From Veleropilina oligotropha (lineage: Eukaryota), in NCBI GenBank assembly GCA_048128005.1, contig JBEUKZ010000105.1:1-64000 (forward strand): a stretch of 64,000 nt of DNA. The letters run 5' to 3'. The notes below the pieces were generated by a model. That model made no database searches and had not been told where the DNA came from. It worked only from the letters and a program-made list of their open reading frames with translations. Numbering within the stretch: the stretch's first letter is position 1; every line of letters begins with the position of its first letter. Positions 50,403 through 63,922 of this stretch are shown piece after piece. The translations under genes and the position numbers were made by a program.

Positions 50403-52188
50403 TATTTATTACTCGGGTGTTGAAGATATCGCCATCTCATAAAAATCTCGTATCTTACGGGTGTTGGATAAACAATTGACCTCCAACTCTCAATTTTGAT
50501 TGGACAATAGCAATCTGCTGATGTAAGGTCACGGGACTACTTTCTTCATTGATAAATGTTACAACTTTTACTATCAAACAAATGTCTCACGACTGTCGTC
50601 GGAACAGATCTTATAAAGCAACGAAAGTATAATTAAAATAACTACAAACATTGGTAACATAAATAAAAGTAAACATACAATAAAATAGTATTTACAAATA
50701 ATAAGTACGACCGTTCGAACATTAACAGCTTTATTCAAGAAAACAGAAATCAAAATACATTGCGAAAGACACAGTACGATTCTAATATTTTGGCCAAATT
50801 CATGATACTAAAAGGCGACAACAGACCAGTAGAAACTATATCGCCAAATGAACTGTGCGACATCCTATGTAATTATTTCATGTCAATAAAGAAAGCAAAT
50901 GGTCAAGAATATGAACCCTCTTCACTAACATCAAAGATATCAAGTTTTGATCGGTTTTTAAAACACAGAGGGTACGAAAAGTCATTACTGCGGGATAGAG
51001 AGTTTTCACGGCTTCGGGATGTTTTGTCATCAAAACAAAAAGCACTTAAAAGTCAAGGGTTCGGAAACTTACCAAATAGGGCTAAAAGTTGATCTTGTGA
51101 CGAAATCCAGAAATTGTATAACAGCAATGAAATGGGTTGCAACAACCCCGAATCCATCCTAAATACTCTGTGGTGGAATAACACCCGTCACTTTGGCCTT
51201 CGAAGTGTTAAACCACACCATATGATGAAATGGGGCGATGTTTCGTAAAAGGTAGACAGCGACGGGAGAGAATTCCTCGAATATAACGAGCGCCAAACGA
51301 AAACACGCACAGGTGGTGATACCAGGAATGTCCGTGATGTTCCTCCTCGTGCTTGGGAAACGGGCGACGAACGATGTCCGGTATCCATTTATAAGCTGTA
51401 TGCCACATTAAGGCCGGTAGATTTTCGTTCTGCCGAAACACCGTTTTATCTGGCAACAAATTCGAAAGTCACGCCTGCTCAAAACCACAGGGGCATGTAA
51501 CGCTCCTTATCGTTCGTCTGTTACCGTTTGACGATTAGCGCAGTTCACTGTTACTATATAATATCGATAAATGTCTCGACAACTTCCAATTCACAGTCCA
51601 GCTCCATAAATTTAACAGCGACTACAAATTCACAATCTATATTTTCAACATCAACGGAGCATCGAGCCCAGACAAAACAATGATCAGTGACGATAGGAAC
51701 ACGTGATGTAATATGGAAATTTGACGCTATTTTGAAATCTCTGTATATAAATATAAATAATAATAGCCATTTACAAATATTTAATTAAATATCTTATTGA
51801 TTGTTACAAGACGTTTTGTTATTATTAATTTTAACGTTGTTAGGCTATAAGAACGACCTATATTAATGCGCAAGGATTTTATCACATCTGTGAAGAGGCA
51901 ATTCGTGCGCAATTGTTGTTGGCGACAATGTTCGGATTTATATGCAGAAATACGATAATAAAACAAGTATTTCAACATAAATATCGTGAGTAATAAATAA
52001 AATACTACACTGGTTGTCGATAGATACCATTTTTACATGACTCGTATATGTCTGACGGTATCTAAACTCGCTTTTTACGTGACTCGTATATGTCTGACGG
52101 TATCTAAACTCGCTTTCGCTCGTTTAGATACCGTCAGACATATACTCGTCACGTAAAAATGGTATCTATCGACAACCAGTGTAGTATT
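50403..52188 (+). mobile_element. CryptonA-like (DUF3504, ZMYM/QRICH1-related YR) element, internally deleted, with terminal hairpin
   Basis: 50760-51460 encodes KKANGQEYEPSSL, LKSQGFGNLPNRA, LWWNNTRHFGLR, LEYNERQTKTRTG, RCPV.IYK.Y...RP, PFYLA with 2 stops; IR tatttattactc 50403-50414 / gagtaataaata 51988-51999; hairpin 52001-52188. Confidence 0.85.
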
Positions 52189-53404
52189 CTATATATATAC
52201 GTATTTCGTAATTGATATGGAAATAGTTGTGGACAGATACAGGCAGTAATACAACAAATTTGACCATAAAAATCCAGATTTGCAGTTTGTTCATATTGTT
52301 TATTATTTAGATGTTTTCCCTTTTGAAATGGCGGTTCGCTATGATATGAAAAAACATCATTTGTTATTTTTCTAACACCACGTTTTGCAATAAATAGAGT
52401 TTGTTTAAACGCGTCTTTGTAATTACTAGCCCATACTCTATTACAGTTCTTGACATTCAATTGAATAAGATATAATAAACAATTGTTCATCGACATAAAA
52501 CAACTCATTTGGACTTTTTATGAGACGTGTTTCTTCTGAAATAACACGGTTTACAATTGAAAACATCTTGAGAAAAAAGCACGTAAGACACATGATCAAT
52601 TGTTTTTTTATCATTGTCAAAAAATGAAACGAAATGTCAAATTAAGATATTTGTTGTGTTATGTGCAACGCCACTATAGATTTTACTACTATAATATTAG
52701 CTTAAGTATAATTTTTAATAGGAATATCTGGTCAAGAACTGAATTCGTCGCAGATCGTCACGTTACTGTACTGTATTTGTCTTAGCATCGAGTTTTTGTT
52801 CATATAATATTATGTTCATTGTTTACGTGGATTCGAAGTCTGTTCGAAGCATATGGTATTCAATTATCTCCAGAAAACCAATAATTGCCGCCATTTCGTT
52901 GCTTGCTATTGTTTGGATCGATGCTTAATGTCCCGATTTAACAACCTTGTTGTTCATGCCATATTGCAGCCGATAACCCGGGATAGCTAACCTCCAGATA
53001 ATACACTGACAACCTGAGCGTTATAAGCAATTAACAGACCGAACCACGGCGAGGCTGTTATGCTGCTAACGCCGTGGGGTGTCAGCTGTATTATCTGTTA
53101 TACACACCGTGGACATATATTGTAAATTGCAAGATGTAACCCCTTAAAACATTCAATTGCCTTCTAGAGCATGATATGAGAGTCGATTCTCCATTGGCAA
53201 CTTGTCAAATCTATTATCTCTCAATTTAGTCTGACAATCTTGCCGAGTTAACCATTGTCTGGGAATAATGGGTCAATTAACACTTGGAGGCCTGTGTACG
53301 GACAACTAGATTTCTGTCATTCGTGGACAAAAGTCAAATATCCAACATGTTTGATAACTTCTGCGATGAATGAATGAAATATCTACGTGTGCTCTGAACG
53401 AAAG

Positions 53405-53921
53405 CTAGGGTGCGCTCGAGACGCTGTCCAGAACGTGCTGGACCGACAGAACTGCACTCGAATGGTCGAGAACAATGTTCCTTCTGTTCCAGCCAGCGAG
53501 GCGGTACAGCGGGAACAGTGATGTCACCCATCATGTGAAACTCAATTTAAACTTCCATCTCAATGTCTTGCAAAGTAAATAACATCTTCCTGCAAAAGTT
53601 TTTTAATACGATAGCAGAAATATGAATTTTGCAATACTTATTTGACATTTTGGAATCAAATTAGACGCGAATTTTTGTAGATGACATTTTTTTAAATTGC
53701 CGGGCGCTATATATATATATATATATTTGTGACGACATTGTACCTATTTTTACATGTTATTTAATAATAATAAAGCTAAATATTGTTTTTGAATATATTT
53801 TACATCAATGCAGCCATTGTCCACTTGTGCGCATGTCTGAACAACTGTTCCTGTGCGGAATCATTCGAAATACAGGACAGACAGAACATGTTCTGGACAG
53901 GCGTCTCGAGCACACCCCTAG
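53405..53921. mobile_element. MITE with ~35-bp imperfect TIR
   Basis: ctagggtgcgctcgagacgctgtccagaac ... gttctggacaggcgtctcgagcacacccctag. Confidence 0.75.
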
Positions 53922-54019
53922 TTGCAAATTGTCACGAATGAAATTTTGCTGAGCTTATAGCTTAAGTGTGCGCCTGGCTTTAGATACATTTCATTATTCA
54001 ATACTCTTTACAAGTGCAT

Positions 54020-54280
54020 TGAGGGCTGCTCCCACAGTCGTGTGGTTTCGGCTGCAGACTCTGAAAAATCACTGGTTTGATTCCACTGACATGAACAGTA
54101 ATGGATTCGAACCACGGTTGGGACATGACATTATTTGTTCAAGCTATGAATCATAGTTGTCTGAGAGGGCGGGTTTACCCGGGCGACTGGGCTATCCTCC
54201 TGCGACAATATGGACATATCCTGATTTGAACATTATTGGTTGGAAATATACAGGACATTTAGCATCGGTCCTTTCCTTCT
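54020..54280 (+). mobile_element. tRNA-derived SINE family copy (sense)
   Basis: agtcgtgtggt..ggattcgaacc head, cctttccttc tail. Confidence 0.72.
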
Positions 54281-54411
54281 ATATCTCCTGTATTCCTCTA
54301 CTTCCATTTCCGAATATAAATGATTTCCATCACTAGTATCCAAAGTAGACTCTAACGACAAACTAATACAGCTAATAAACGAGCATTGCTCATGTGAATC
54401 ATCACAATAGG

Positions 54412-57218
54412 AAGACTATCATTATGAACAGTCCCGCATATCTGGACGACTATCAGCATGAACAGTCACGCATATCTGGATGACTATCAGCATGAACAGT
54501 CACGCATATCTGGATGACTATCAGCATGAACAGTAACGCATATCTGGATGACTATCAGCATGAACAGTCACGCATATCTGGATGACTATCAGCATGAACA
54601 GTCACGCATATCTGGATGATTATCATTATGAACAGTCACGCATATCTGGATGACTATCAACATGAACAGTCACGCATATCTGGATGACTATCAGCATGAA
54701 CAGTCACGCATATCTGGATGACTATCATTATGAACAGTCACGCATATCTGGATGACTATCAGCATGAACAGTAACGCATATCTGGATGACTATCGCCATG
54801 AACAGTCACGCATATCTGGATGACTATCCGCATGAACAGTCACGCATATCTGGTTGACTATCAGCATGAACAGTAACGCATATCTGGATGACTATCGCCA
54901 TGAACAGTCACGCATATCTGGATGACTATCAGCATGAACAGTCACGCATAATTGGATGACTATCAGCATGAACAGTAACGCATATATGGATGACTATCAG
55001 CATGAACAGTCACGCATATCTGGACGACTATCAGCATGAACAGTCACGCATATCTGGATGACTATCTGCATGAACAGTCACGCATATCTGGATGACTATC
55101 AGCAAGAACAGGTACCCATATCTGGATGACTATCAGCATGAACAGGTACCCATATCTCGATGATTATCAGCATGAACAGTCACGCATATCTGAATGACTA
55201 TCAGTATGAACAGTCACGCATATCTGGATGACTATCAGCATGAACAGTCACACATATCTGGATGACTATCAGCAAGAACAGTCACCCATACCTGGATGAC
55301 TATCAGCATGAACAGTCACACATATCTGGATGACTATCAGCATGAACAGGTACCCATATCTGGATGACTATCAGCATGAACAGTCACGCATATCTGGGCG
55401 ACTATCAGCATAAACAGTCACGCATATCTGGATGACTATCAGCATGAACAGTCACGCATATCTGGACGACTACCAGCATGAACAGTCACATCGATCTGGA
55501 TGACTATCAGCATGCACAGTCACGCATATCGGGATGTCTATGAGCATGAACAGTCACGCATATCTGGATGACTATCAGTATGAACAGTCACGCACATCTG
55601 GATGACTATCAGCATGAACAGTCACATCGATCTGGATGACTATCAGTATGAACAGTCACGCATATCTGGATGACTATCAGTATGAACAGTCACGCACATC
55701 TGGATGACTATCAGCATGAACAGTCACATCGATCTGGATGACTATCAGTATGAACAGTCACGCATATCTGGATGACTATCAGCATGAACAGTCACGCATA
55801 TCTCGATGACTATCAGTATGAACAGTCACGCATATCGGGATGTCTATGAGCATGAACAGTCACGCATATCTGGATGACTATCAGCATGAACAGTCACGCA
55901 TATCTGGATGACTATCAGTATGAACAGTCACGCATATCGGGATGTCTATGAGCATGAACAGTCACGCATATCTGGATGACTATCAGCATGAACAGTCACG
56001 CATATCTGGATGATTATCAGCATGAACAGTCACGCATATCTGGATGACTATCAGCATGAACAGTAACGCATATCTGGATGACTATCACCATTAACAGTCA
56101 CGCATATCTGGATGACTATCACCATTAACAGTCACACATATCTGGATGACTATCAGCATGAACAGGTACCCATATCTGGATGACTATCAGCATGAACAGT
56201 CACGCATATCTGGGCGACTATCAGCATAAACAGTCACGCATATCTGGATGACTATCAGCATGAACAGTCACGCATATCTGGACGACTACCAGCATGAACA
56301 GTCACATCGATCTGGATGACTATCAGCATGCACAGTCACGCATATCGGGATGTCTATGAGCATGAACAGTCACGCATATCTGGATGAATATCAGCAAGAA
56401 CAGTCACGCATATCCGGATGACTATCAGCAAGAACAGTCACGCATATCTGGATGACTATCATTATGAACAGTCACGCATATCTGGACGACTATCAGCATG
56501 AACAGTCACGTATATCTGGATGACTATCTGCATGAACAGTCACGCATATCTGGACGACTATCAGCATGAACAGTCACGCATATCTGGATAACTATCATTA
56601 TGAACAGTCACGCATATCTGGATGTCTATCATTATGAACAGTCACGCATATCGGGTTGACTATGAACATGAACAGTCACGCATATCTGGATGACTATCAG
56701 TATGAACAGTCACGCACATCTGGATGACTATCAGTATGACACAGTCACGCATATCTGGATGACTATCAGCATGAAAAGTCACGCATGTCTGGACGACTAT
56801 CAGCATGAACAGTCACGCATATCTGGATGACTACCAGCATGAACAGTCACGCACATCTGGACGACTATCAGCATGAACAGGTACCCATATCTCGATGATT
56901 ATCAGCATGAACAGTCACGCATATCTGGATAACTATCATTATGAACAGTCACGCATATCTGGATGTCTATCATTATGAACAGTCACGCATATCCTGATGA
57001 CTAGCAGCATGAACAGTCACATCGATCTGGATGACTATCAGCATGAACAGTCACGCATATCGGGATGACTATCTGCATGAACAGTCATGCATATCTGGAT
57101 GACTATCAGCATGAACAGTCACGCATATCTGGATGACTATCAACATGAACAGTCACGCATATCTGGATGACTATCAGCATGAACAGTCACGCATATCTGG
57201 ATGAATATCAGCATGAAC
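54412..57218. repeat. 34-bp tandem satellite, about 82 copies, in GPCR intron 1
   Basis: Unit gactatcagcatgaacagtcacgcatatctggat; period 34. Confidence 0.98.
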
Positions 57219-58819
57219 ATTTGGAACAATAGTTGTTTCTCGCTATAAATTAAATTACAAAGAGTGCATTTAAATATCAGCAAAAGTCGTGTCATTACGT
57301 AAGTAATCTTTTGCTTACCTGATGTAAATATTTGTGTCCAAAAGTGAAACATCGGTATTATTACTTAAAAGTCAAGAAAATTAACATTTCACTTAATTCA
57401 GCGCCAATTGACGCGTACTGTAACTGTTTCTAATGGAGAGGAATAAGGAAGGTCTTTTTAAATTTGACACAGCATCAGGATAGCGAAAGATAATGGATAG
57501 TGAAGTGTATGATATGTACTCAACAAATGACATATCGTAAGAAAGATATCTGTAATCTTATATAGCTCACCTCATGCAAATATTAAAACAAAAAGCTTTA
57601 CTAAAAGTCTACAAAGGATTTTAACTCCTGGTCCTTCCATGGCAACCAGTGTGCTTAACGTCTCGGCGGGCACTCTTTAAAAAATTACATCTGTCCATAG
57701 CTGGCGATGATGACGGGTTTTTCCGGGCGACCCGGGCATTCATAGCTGGCGATGATGACGGGTTTTTCCGGGCGACCCGGGCATTCCCTTCGCGATAGTA
57801 TGGACATGTCGGGATATGAACGTAAAGGATGTTAAAACTGAGCTTTAAGTGTTGATCCAAGAATTTGTTCAAGTACCATAGAGCTTATTTACTTATACCA
57901 ATATAATGATTTAAATAAAATTCTCTGTTAATAATAATAATAATGTGAAGATTTATCTGCGCTTTCACATATGAGATGCGTGCTCAAAGCGCTTACATTA
58001 TTGTAATAATGTAATAATGTAATATTGTAATAACAATAATGACCATCATATTATCAAGTTAATGTCTTAATTCTAGCGTCATATGTTTTAATGTACCTCA
58101 TTTGTGTATAACGTTTTATTATTCAACGACATAAGATATAAAGTGTTGGTGAATGTTTTACTCATTTTTTTTAGTAACGAAATGCTTTTTAAAGTGTAAG
58201 AGCGATACTATGGCCCGAATTCATAAAAGCATTTTAACGTGCATGCAGTTATAACCCGATTATCTTTTACACGGCAGATAAAACAATATTGTCCGCGGAC
58301 ATCTAAACGAATGTCATGCTGCAGTGCAATTCATAAAGCTGAAATATACAATTATGATGGACGTGTATTTGGAGCGTGTCTAAAGTTCGTATTTCGGAGA
58401 CAATGTCGGGAGAGAAGAGAGGCGACAATATTTCGTACGACCAGCGAATGGGCCTGATTGATGCAGTTAAAGATGCTGAACCAGAATCAGTCCCGTAAAA
58501 TGGGACTTGACGCCATTTAATCTGACACTCTTTGTACATGATCTTTGCATAAAAGTTATGATCATATCTTGAAATAAATTTAAGATATATTAATATATAT
58601 TGTAAATGTCGATATTGAATTAAAAGCGCGCGACATTGCCATCGTCTATTACTAATCTCAAAATTTAACTTTTTAGATATGATAATCTCAAAACTATCAT
58701 AACGTTATGCAAAGAATACACACATAAATTGTCAAATTAAATGAACTGATTCGGGTTCAGCACCTTTGCATAAAAAGTTGTAGAAGATAGAGAGGTGACG
58801 CGCCAGCTAACTACAGAAG

Positions 58820-59052
58820 AAAGGAGAGGATCTATGTTTAATGTCCTATATATATCCAGCCATAATTTGGTTCAAAGCAGGACTTGCCCGGGGAAACCCG
58901 CCCTCTCTGACCAGTTACGGACAATTGTGACTCATAACAAATGTGTGATGTCTCTTCCGAGGTTTGAGCCCACTACTATTCGCGTCAGCGGAATCAACTC
59001 AGTGATTTTTCGTAGTCCACAACCGAAACCACACGACTGTCGAAGCGGCCTA
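58820..59052 (-). mobile_element. tRNA-derived SINE family copy
   Basis: Same family with an internal deletion. Confidence 0.72.
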
Positions 59053-60883
59053 TCTACAGAAGAATTAACGAGAGTTGTGGAGGATGAGGAAAACGAAGAG
59101 AGCAGAAAATCTATCTTCGAAAACAAGTATTAGTCTGCTAGAAATTTCGCGAATAGCTGGAATAATTGTTCTTCAAACACCAGATGCTCACGTGTTGAAC
59201 CATACCCTCTTTAAACGACATTCATAAGAATATATCTGTGAACACACTGACACAAATTGGTTATTGAGAACGTAATATGGCAAATATGGCACCAAGACTT
59301 ACAACTGCTAAATGGAAGCAACCAATAGCGCCTACGTTGCCAGTAAATTGAATAATATCGTAGAAGCCTCCAGTAACGACTCTTCTTTATTGTGGTGTGT
59401 CAGGTACATAAATAAGGTGCCTCCCCCTTGTGGGGTGTCAGGTACATAAAATAAGGTGCCTTCTCCGCACAAATTGTTATAGTGGCGCGTAGAACAGCAC
59501 AGCAACAGGTAGGCTGGGAAACTCCACACATGTTCACAATATCCACCTGAAACGATGCTGTCGTATAAACTGTAACTGACTTCTTTTGTTATTTGATCGC
59601 AGATGGTTAAAATTTGATCGTGTTGTAGTGTAAATAGGCGATGATCGCGCGATTACTATTTTTACACGAGTGTAAAAGTTAACACCTTTATGAAGTCTGT
59701 GCTATTTAAGTGTAAGGACACTATAGCTTTACGCTTAAGAACATTATATCCTTAAGTTTAAGGAAACTATAAATGAATATTAAGTTTAATGGAGCCATAT
59801 ATTTAACCTTATGGACGTTGTGTCTTTCAGTATAATAATGGCATGTCGCCTGTCGTTATTGCATCGTGGCACGTCTATAGAAACCAGACAGCACGTGTAC
59901 TATTCGTAGCTTTTACTTTTACCGAACCAAAGGAAAGCAAGACGCGACATTGATCTCGCGATAAATAATTGATTATCTGGAAAGTGGTCATAAATTGGCC
60001 ATTTTGTGCATGTTCTTATCTCCGTGTAAATGAGCTGATATTTAATACAAAATTTCACGCTAAGTGACGAAACTATTTCCAATTAGTCATGGACAAATAG
60101 CCAATGAAATGCCTCCAGCAATTCCGATCTATTCTTTGATAGCAGTGATGCACAGCGACGGAATCACGGCAGCTGGGTCAATTCAACTGAAGAATTGTAA
60201 AATAATACCGTTGGTTATAATAAATATACAGTTTAATGGTCGCTAGAAGAAGTATATTGCTGATATAAAATGTCAGCAAACGTTTACATAGCTCAAGGAG
60301 ACTAATCAATACGATATTTTATATGATTTGTCGTTAATGGCATATCGTTAACGGTGAAGTTTCTTAGAGTACATTGATATATTGTAACAAAAATTCAACG
60401 AAGCGTTCTTATACAACTGTACATGGTATATAATTGAAATGAAATTAATATCAGACATAATAAGCACAACAGACCAATTAGCAATAATACTGTCATATCA
60501 TATAAACAATTTTGGTGAAAGTGCACTTTTAAAATGCTTAAATCATTAAATGTTACGAGATTCTTCTTCCCTTGGCTCAATCTTCCGTAGCGACGTTGAA
60601 TTTGATCATCGGCAGACTGGTCCACTATTTGGTGGTGTTTTCTTGGTACCGCGTCATTGGCTGGTCTCTTCGAACTTCGCTTCCTTTCATCTTGTCATGT
60701 ATTTTCGCTCTTGTAAGATGGCGACCGCCCTATCGGCACGCGGGGCTACAGAAAGCGAGTTTCTGTTTGCGAACATCGTTTAAAAGTTTGTGTGTTGTGT
60801 GTTGTCAGGAGCTACTTGAGAATACTTTGATCGGTTCGACGTTCTTGTCGTACTCCGTTTTTATGTGGTCGCTATTCCATCGT

Positions 60884-62822
60884 ACCACTGCTGTTTGGTT
60901 GATGCAGAGCGACCAGTGCCGTTAAATGCCGTGAATATTCCATCTTTTGCATAATCCCAAAATGATGTGAATATGGCTGATGCTGTCAAAAGCTTTACTG
61001 TATTATGATGAGTGCTCCACTAGTCATTTCATTCAGTTTCTCTATCAGGACCTGTGAACCACTGCTGTTTGATCGACCAGTGCCGTTAAATGCCGTGAAT
61101 ATTCCACCTTTTGCATAATCCCAAAATGATGTGAATATGGCTGACGCTGTCAAAAGATTTACTGTATTATGATTAGTGCTCCACTAGTCATGTCATTCAG
61201 TTTCTCTATCAGGACCTGTGAACCACTGCTCTTTGATTGATGCAGAGCGACCAGTGCCGTTAAATGCCGTGAATATTCCATATTTTGCATAATCCCAAAA
61301 TGATGTGAATATGGCTGACGCTGTCAAAAGCTTTACTTAAATAGACTTAAATAGAATTTGTTTGGGTTTAGAAAGTGCATTTCTGCAACTCATATAAAAA
61401 CCCATTTTGGTAGCTCGGTCATCTATAGCCTTCCCTGTCTCTTAAAGTGCTCATCCAAACGATTTTTAAATTGATTTACTGATGTGGACTCCACCACCTT
61501 GACAGGAAGGGCATTCCACTCATCTACAACTCGGTTTGAGAAAAAGTATTTTCTAACATCTAGCCTGACCCTCTTTTTGTAAATCTGGAACTTATGCCCC
61601 CTTGTTTTATTATGGTTCAACTGGAAAAAATAACTAATATCGAGATTGTCTTTTCCTGTAAACATTTTAAATACTTGAATCATGTCACCTCTTATCCTAC
61701 GCAACGTTAATGTTGTAAGATCAAGGCTTCTGAGCCTATCCTCATATGTCAACTCTCTGATTTCACCTACCAATTTTGTGGCTCTCCTTTGTACTTGTTC
61801 CAATAGTTGGATATCCTTTGAGAGGTATGGATTCCATGCTTGCACCGCATATTCTAAATGTGGTCTAACCAGTTGCTTGTATAAACGTGTTATGATGCCT
61901 TTTGACTTAAAAGTAAAATTACGCTTTATCATTCCTAATATTTGGTTTCCCTTTTTAGCTGCTTCGATACATTGATTTGATGGTTTCAGTGAATTATCAA
62001 TCCATACACCCAAATCTTTCTCTTTTGTCACTACTTCTAGGTCATCTCCTCCCATTTTATAACAATATTTTTTGTTTTTGTGACCCACATGCATTACCTT
62101 ACATTTGGTTGTATTGAAAAGCATTTGCCAGTCATCGGACCACTTAACCAGATTATTTAGATCGGTCTGAAGTTTCCTTGCATCTTGTTCAGTTTCTATT
62201 ATTCTGTAAAGTTTAGTGTCGTCAGCAAACTTTTTCACTAGAGATGTAATAGCGCCATCAATGTCATTCAAGTAGATTAGAAATAGCAATGGACCCAAGA
62301 CCGAGCCTTGAGGGACTCCACTTAATACACTCTCCCATTTTGACTTAACCCCATTTACAACAACTCTCTGCTTTCTATTCTGTAACCACATTTCTATCCA
62401 CGTCAATATTGGTCCTTTACTGTATTATGATGAGTGCTCCACTAGTCATTTCATTCAGTTTCTCTATCAGGACCTGTGAACCACTGCTGTTTGATTGATG
62501 CAGAGCGACCAGTGCCGTTAAATGCCGTGAATATTCCATCTTTTGCATAATCCCAAAATGATGTGAATATGGCTGACGCCGTCAAAGCTTTACTGTATTA
62601 TGATGAGTGCTCCACTAGTCATTTCGTTCAGTTTCTCTATCAGGACCTGTGAACCACTGCTGTTTGATTGATGCAGAGCGACCAGTGCCGTTAAATGCCG
62701 TGAATATTCCATCTTTTGCATAATCCCAAAATGATGTGAATATGGCTGACGCTGTCAAAAGCTTTACTGTATTATGATGAGTGCTCCACTAGACATGTCA
62801 TTCAGTTTCTCTATCAGGATCT
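60884..62822. repeat. ~174-bp tandem repeat, 5 units, third unit split by CR1
   Basis: Unit starts accactgct at 60884, 61058, 61222, 62480, 62653. Confidence 0.95.
61337..62419 (-). mobile_element. 5'-truncated copy of the CR1 at 28530-33584
   Basis: ORF 61423-62406(-) is nearly identical to the 3' third of the first copy; same tail; TSD ctttac at 61331-61336 / 62415-62420. Confidence 0.95.
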
Positions 62823-63784
62823 GTACTCATGAACTCATGAACCATGTCTATGATTATTCCTCATACGATGTAGAAGGGGTGTAGCATGGTCCTATTTGCT
62901 TGAGACATTAGTGCAATAATTTGCTCTGCAGTTTCCGCGTTTCATGTGACCTTGCGCATAAAAGTTCACCGATTCAAAGCAGGAACGCGAATCATGCACT
63001 TCACTGTGCATTAATTAAGTAACTCTAGCGTGAAAACAGATTTCATGTTGGAAATAGAGAACCGCGTCGCAGCTCTTATCCTAACTGGGTGGTGGACTGC
63101 ACATCTAACGAGTTATTGCAGGATATTACAAAAACATTCACAGCATCCACTACAAACACCATAGGACATACTTCATCTAATTCGTAAACACAACATTAAT
63201 AAGTGATGATACCTTGGAGGAAAGCAAAAGTTCTGATGCGGCTGACACACATGCGCAAATCAAAGAGATTAACAGGAGTTTCTCAGATTGACGCGAAACT
63301 TTGCTACACCGAACAATGTGCAAAAATCGACGAGTTTGAAACCTTGGACAAAGACAAAATACTTTTCATGAAGGTAGCAACGGTATACAAGGCACAGTTT
63401 ATAACACGTCAGATCCGATACAGGTGCTCGACCGTTGGGAAGCGATATGGTGAGAACATATTATATCAACCGCATGCGAATGCAACCCATTCCAAGATAA
63501 GAACCATCAACGCTCCTAACTGAGGGACATGCCGTGACTCCATGAGAGTTTTGAAGAATGGTAAAGCACCTGATCCGGACAAAATATTCGCAGATATCAT
63601 CCGATGTTCTCGTGTTTCAGCGGTCAAACTCTACATGTGCTATGTGCGGAAATAAGGAATTGCACGTCATGCATGGGAGATTAAGGTATAAAATTATGAC
63701 CCTTCAATTTTCGACATTATTGAATGCAGCCATGCATTTTCCAAACATAATTCAAAATTATACCATCCGTTTTGTTTGTTTCAG

Positions 63785-63922
63785 TGTCATGGCGGCCTGG
63801 CGGTCAAGCTAATGTACGAAATGCTGTACGCTCCGCCGCCGAAGATCATGGTGCTGGGTCCGACGTGCTCCGTGGAGGCGCAGGCGACGGCGGACTCGTC
63901 CTACATGTGGAACGTCACGCAG
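63785..63922 (+). CDS. GABA-B-receptor-like GPCR, second coding exon; gene continues beyond window
   Basis: ttcag|CHGGLAVKLMYEMLYAPPPKIMVLGPTCSVEAQATADSSYMWNVTQ|gtcgg; phase-0 join gives DSK-CHGG; resembles GABA-B C..G.A.K.LYELLY..P.KI...P.CS......A....WN. Confidence 0.87.

Noticed and set aside
50760..51460. Host ZMYM/QRICH1/KCTD1-type gene
   Set aside because: Intronless, two stops, truncated, bounded by IR and hairpin inside an intron; better explained as a Crypton-like relic
54412..57218. 34-bp repeat array as CRISPR
   Set aside because: Units are contiguous with no unique spacers, there are no cas genes, and it lies in a eukaryotic intron
63000..63700. Possible decayed RTE-like LINE remnant
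   Set aside because: Only vague similarity, no diagnostic motif
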